Below are positions 63,285 through 64,000 of a stretch of 64,000 nt of DNA, one piece after another. Under the pieces are notes generated by a model, which ran no database searches, was not told where the DNA came from, and was given only the letters and a program-made list of their open reading frames with translations. The DNA comes from the human T2T-CHM13v2.0 reference genome, Homo sapiens. The DNA lies in the NCBI RefSeq assembly GCF_009914755.1, contig NC_060943.1. One strand, written 5' to 3'. The position numbers were made by a program, and so were the translations under genes. Each line of letters opens with the position of its first letter. Position 1 is the first letter of the stretch.

Positions 63285-64000
63285 ACACAAAAGACAAATG
63301 ATTTCCTTTATTCCCCCTGCCTCCCAATTTCCAGGTAGCTCTACAAAGACATTCAGACAGAGCCACATGCAGGCTGTCCTTCAAACACAGAGAAACAAAA
63401 CTGAGCCACTGGCTGGAGATCACATCTGCCCAAAGGTGGACTTTTCTCATTCAATGCCACTGGGCAGCTGGCCAAAGAAAAAAAAACTGACCAAGCGGAA
63501 GGTTTGAACAGGTTGGGGTGGGGACTCAGAAGGGGGTGCCCCCACATCCATCAGTGCCAGGAGGCGCCTGCCCACCATGGCCAGCATCCACAAGACGGCG
63601 GCCCCTCCCCGGGTCCCCCAGGCACGGGTCCCGGGCCCTGCTACCACAAGGGGGGATTGGGGACCCCCTGCCTCAGGGCCAGCCAAGGCCTACATCAGGG
63701 AGAGAGGGAGGAAGGAAGGACGGAAGCTCAAATCCAGGCCTCAGTGACACATGGCAGAGTGGGTTTTCTCTGTGAAAGGCACTCAGTGGTACAGGGCTCG
63801 GGGCGGGGGGTGGGTGGGGGTGCCTCTGGGCTCCGGGTCTGACTGTCCAGCACAGCTGTTCCCGGGGGAGGCCCAGCCAGGATCCTCATCGCCCGTCGGC
63901 GTGTCCACCTGGCCCTGTGGCTCTCCCCACAGGGGACGAGCCTGGCTCAGGCCCTGCTGACATCCTGGCTGTGGAGGTGGGTGGGGGGTCTGTTTGGAGC
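63285..64000 (-). other. ZFR2: 3' UTR end of the next gene (probably ZFR2), with AATAAA at 63312-63307
   Basis: TTTATT on the plus strand at 63307-63312; gene identity rests only on recalled 19p13.3 gene order, as no ZFR2 coding sequence is in the window. Confidence 0.5.

Overview
Human (Alu-dense, GC-rich) genomic DNA that matches, by gene content and order, chromosome 19p13.3. Left to right: the last 7 coding exons of TJP3/ZO-3 (+); complete APBA3/Mint3 (-, 575 aa); a head-to-head promoter; complete MRPL54 (+, 138 aa); complete RAX2 (-, 184 aa retinal homeobox); complete MATK/CHK (-, 507 aa Csk-homologous kinase, with an alternative upstream promoter and coding exon); and probably the 3' UTR end of ZFR2 (-). 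All exon chains were rebuilt by hand from GT-AG sites, and the four complete CDSs sum to the protein lengths I recall. I see no new protein-coding system. The most notable items: (1) a decayed duplicate of the MATK terminal kinase exon 2.2 kb downstream, whose new AG plus a 1-nt deletion restores frame; (2) Leu instead of the paired-class Pro at RAX2 residue 52; (3) a degenerate TTCTAGAA (heat-shock-element-like) repeat array in an APBA3 intron; (4) one overlapping bidirectional polyA element shared by TJP3 and APBA3; (5) a candidate CRX/RAX photoreceptor enhancer; (6) a possible recursive-splice exon in MATK; (7) a local duplication flanking the MATK alternative coding exon. Reference-allele and isoform comparisons are from memory and need database confirmation.
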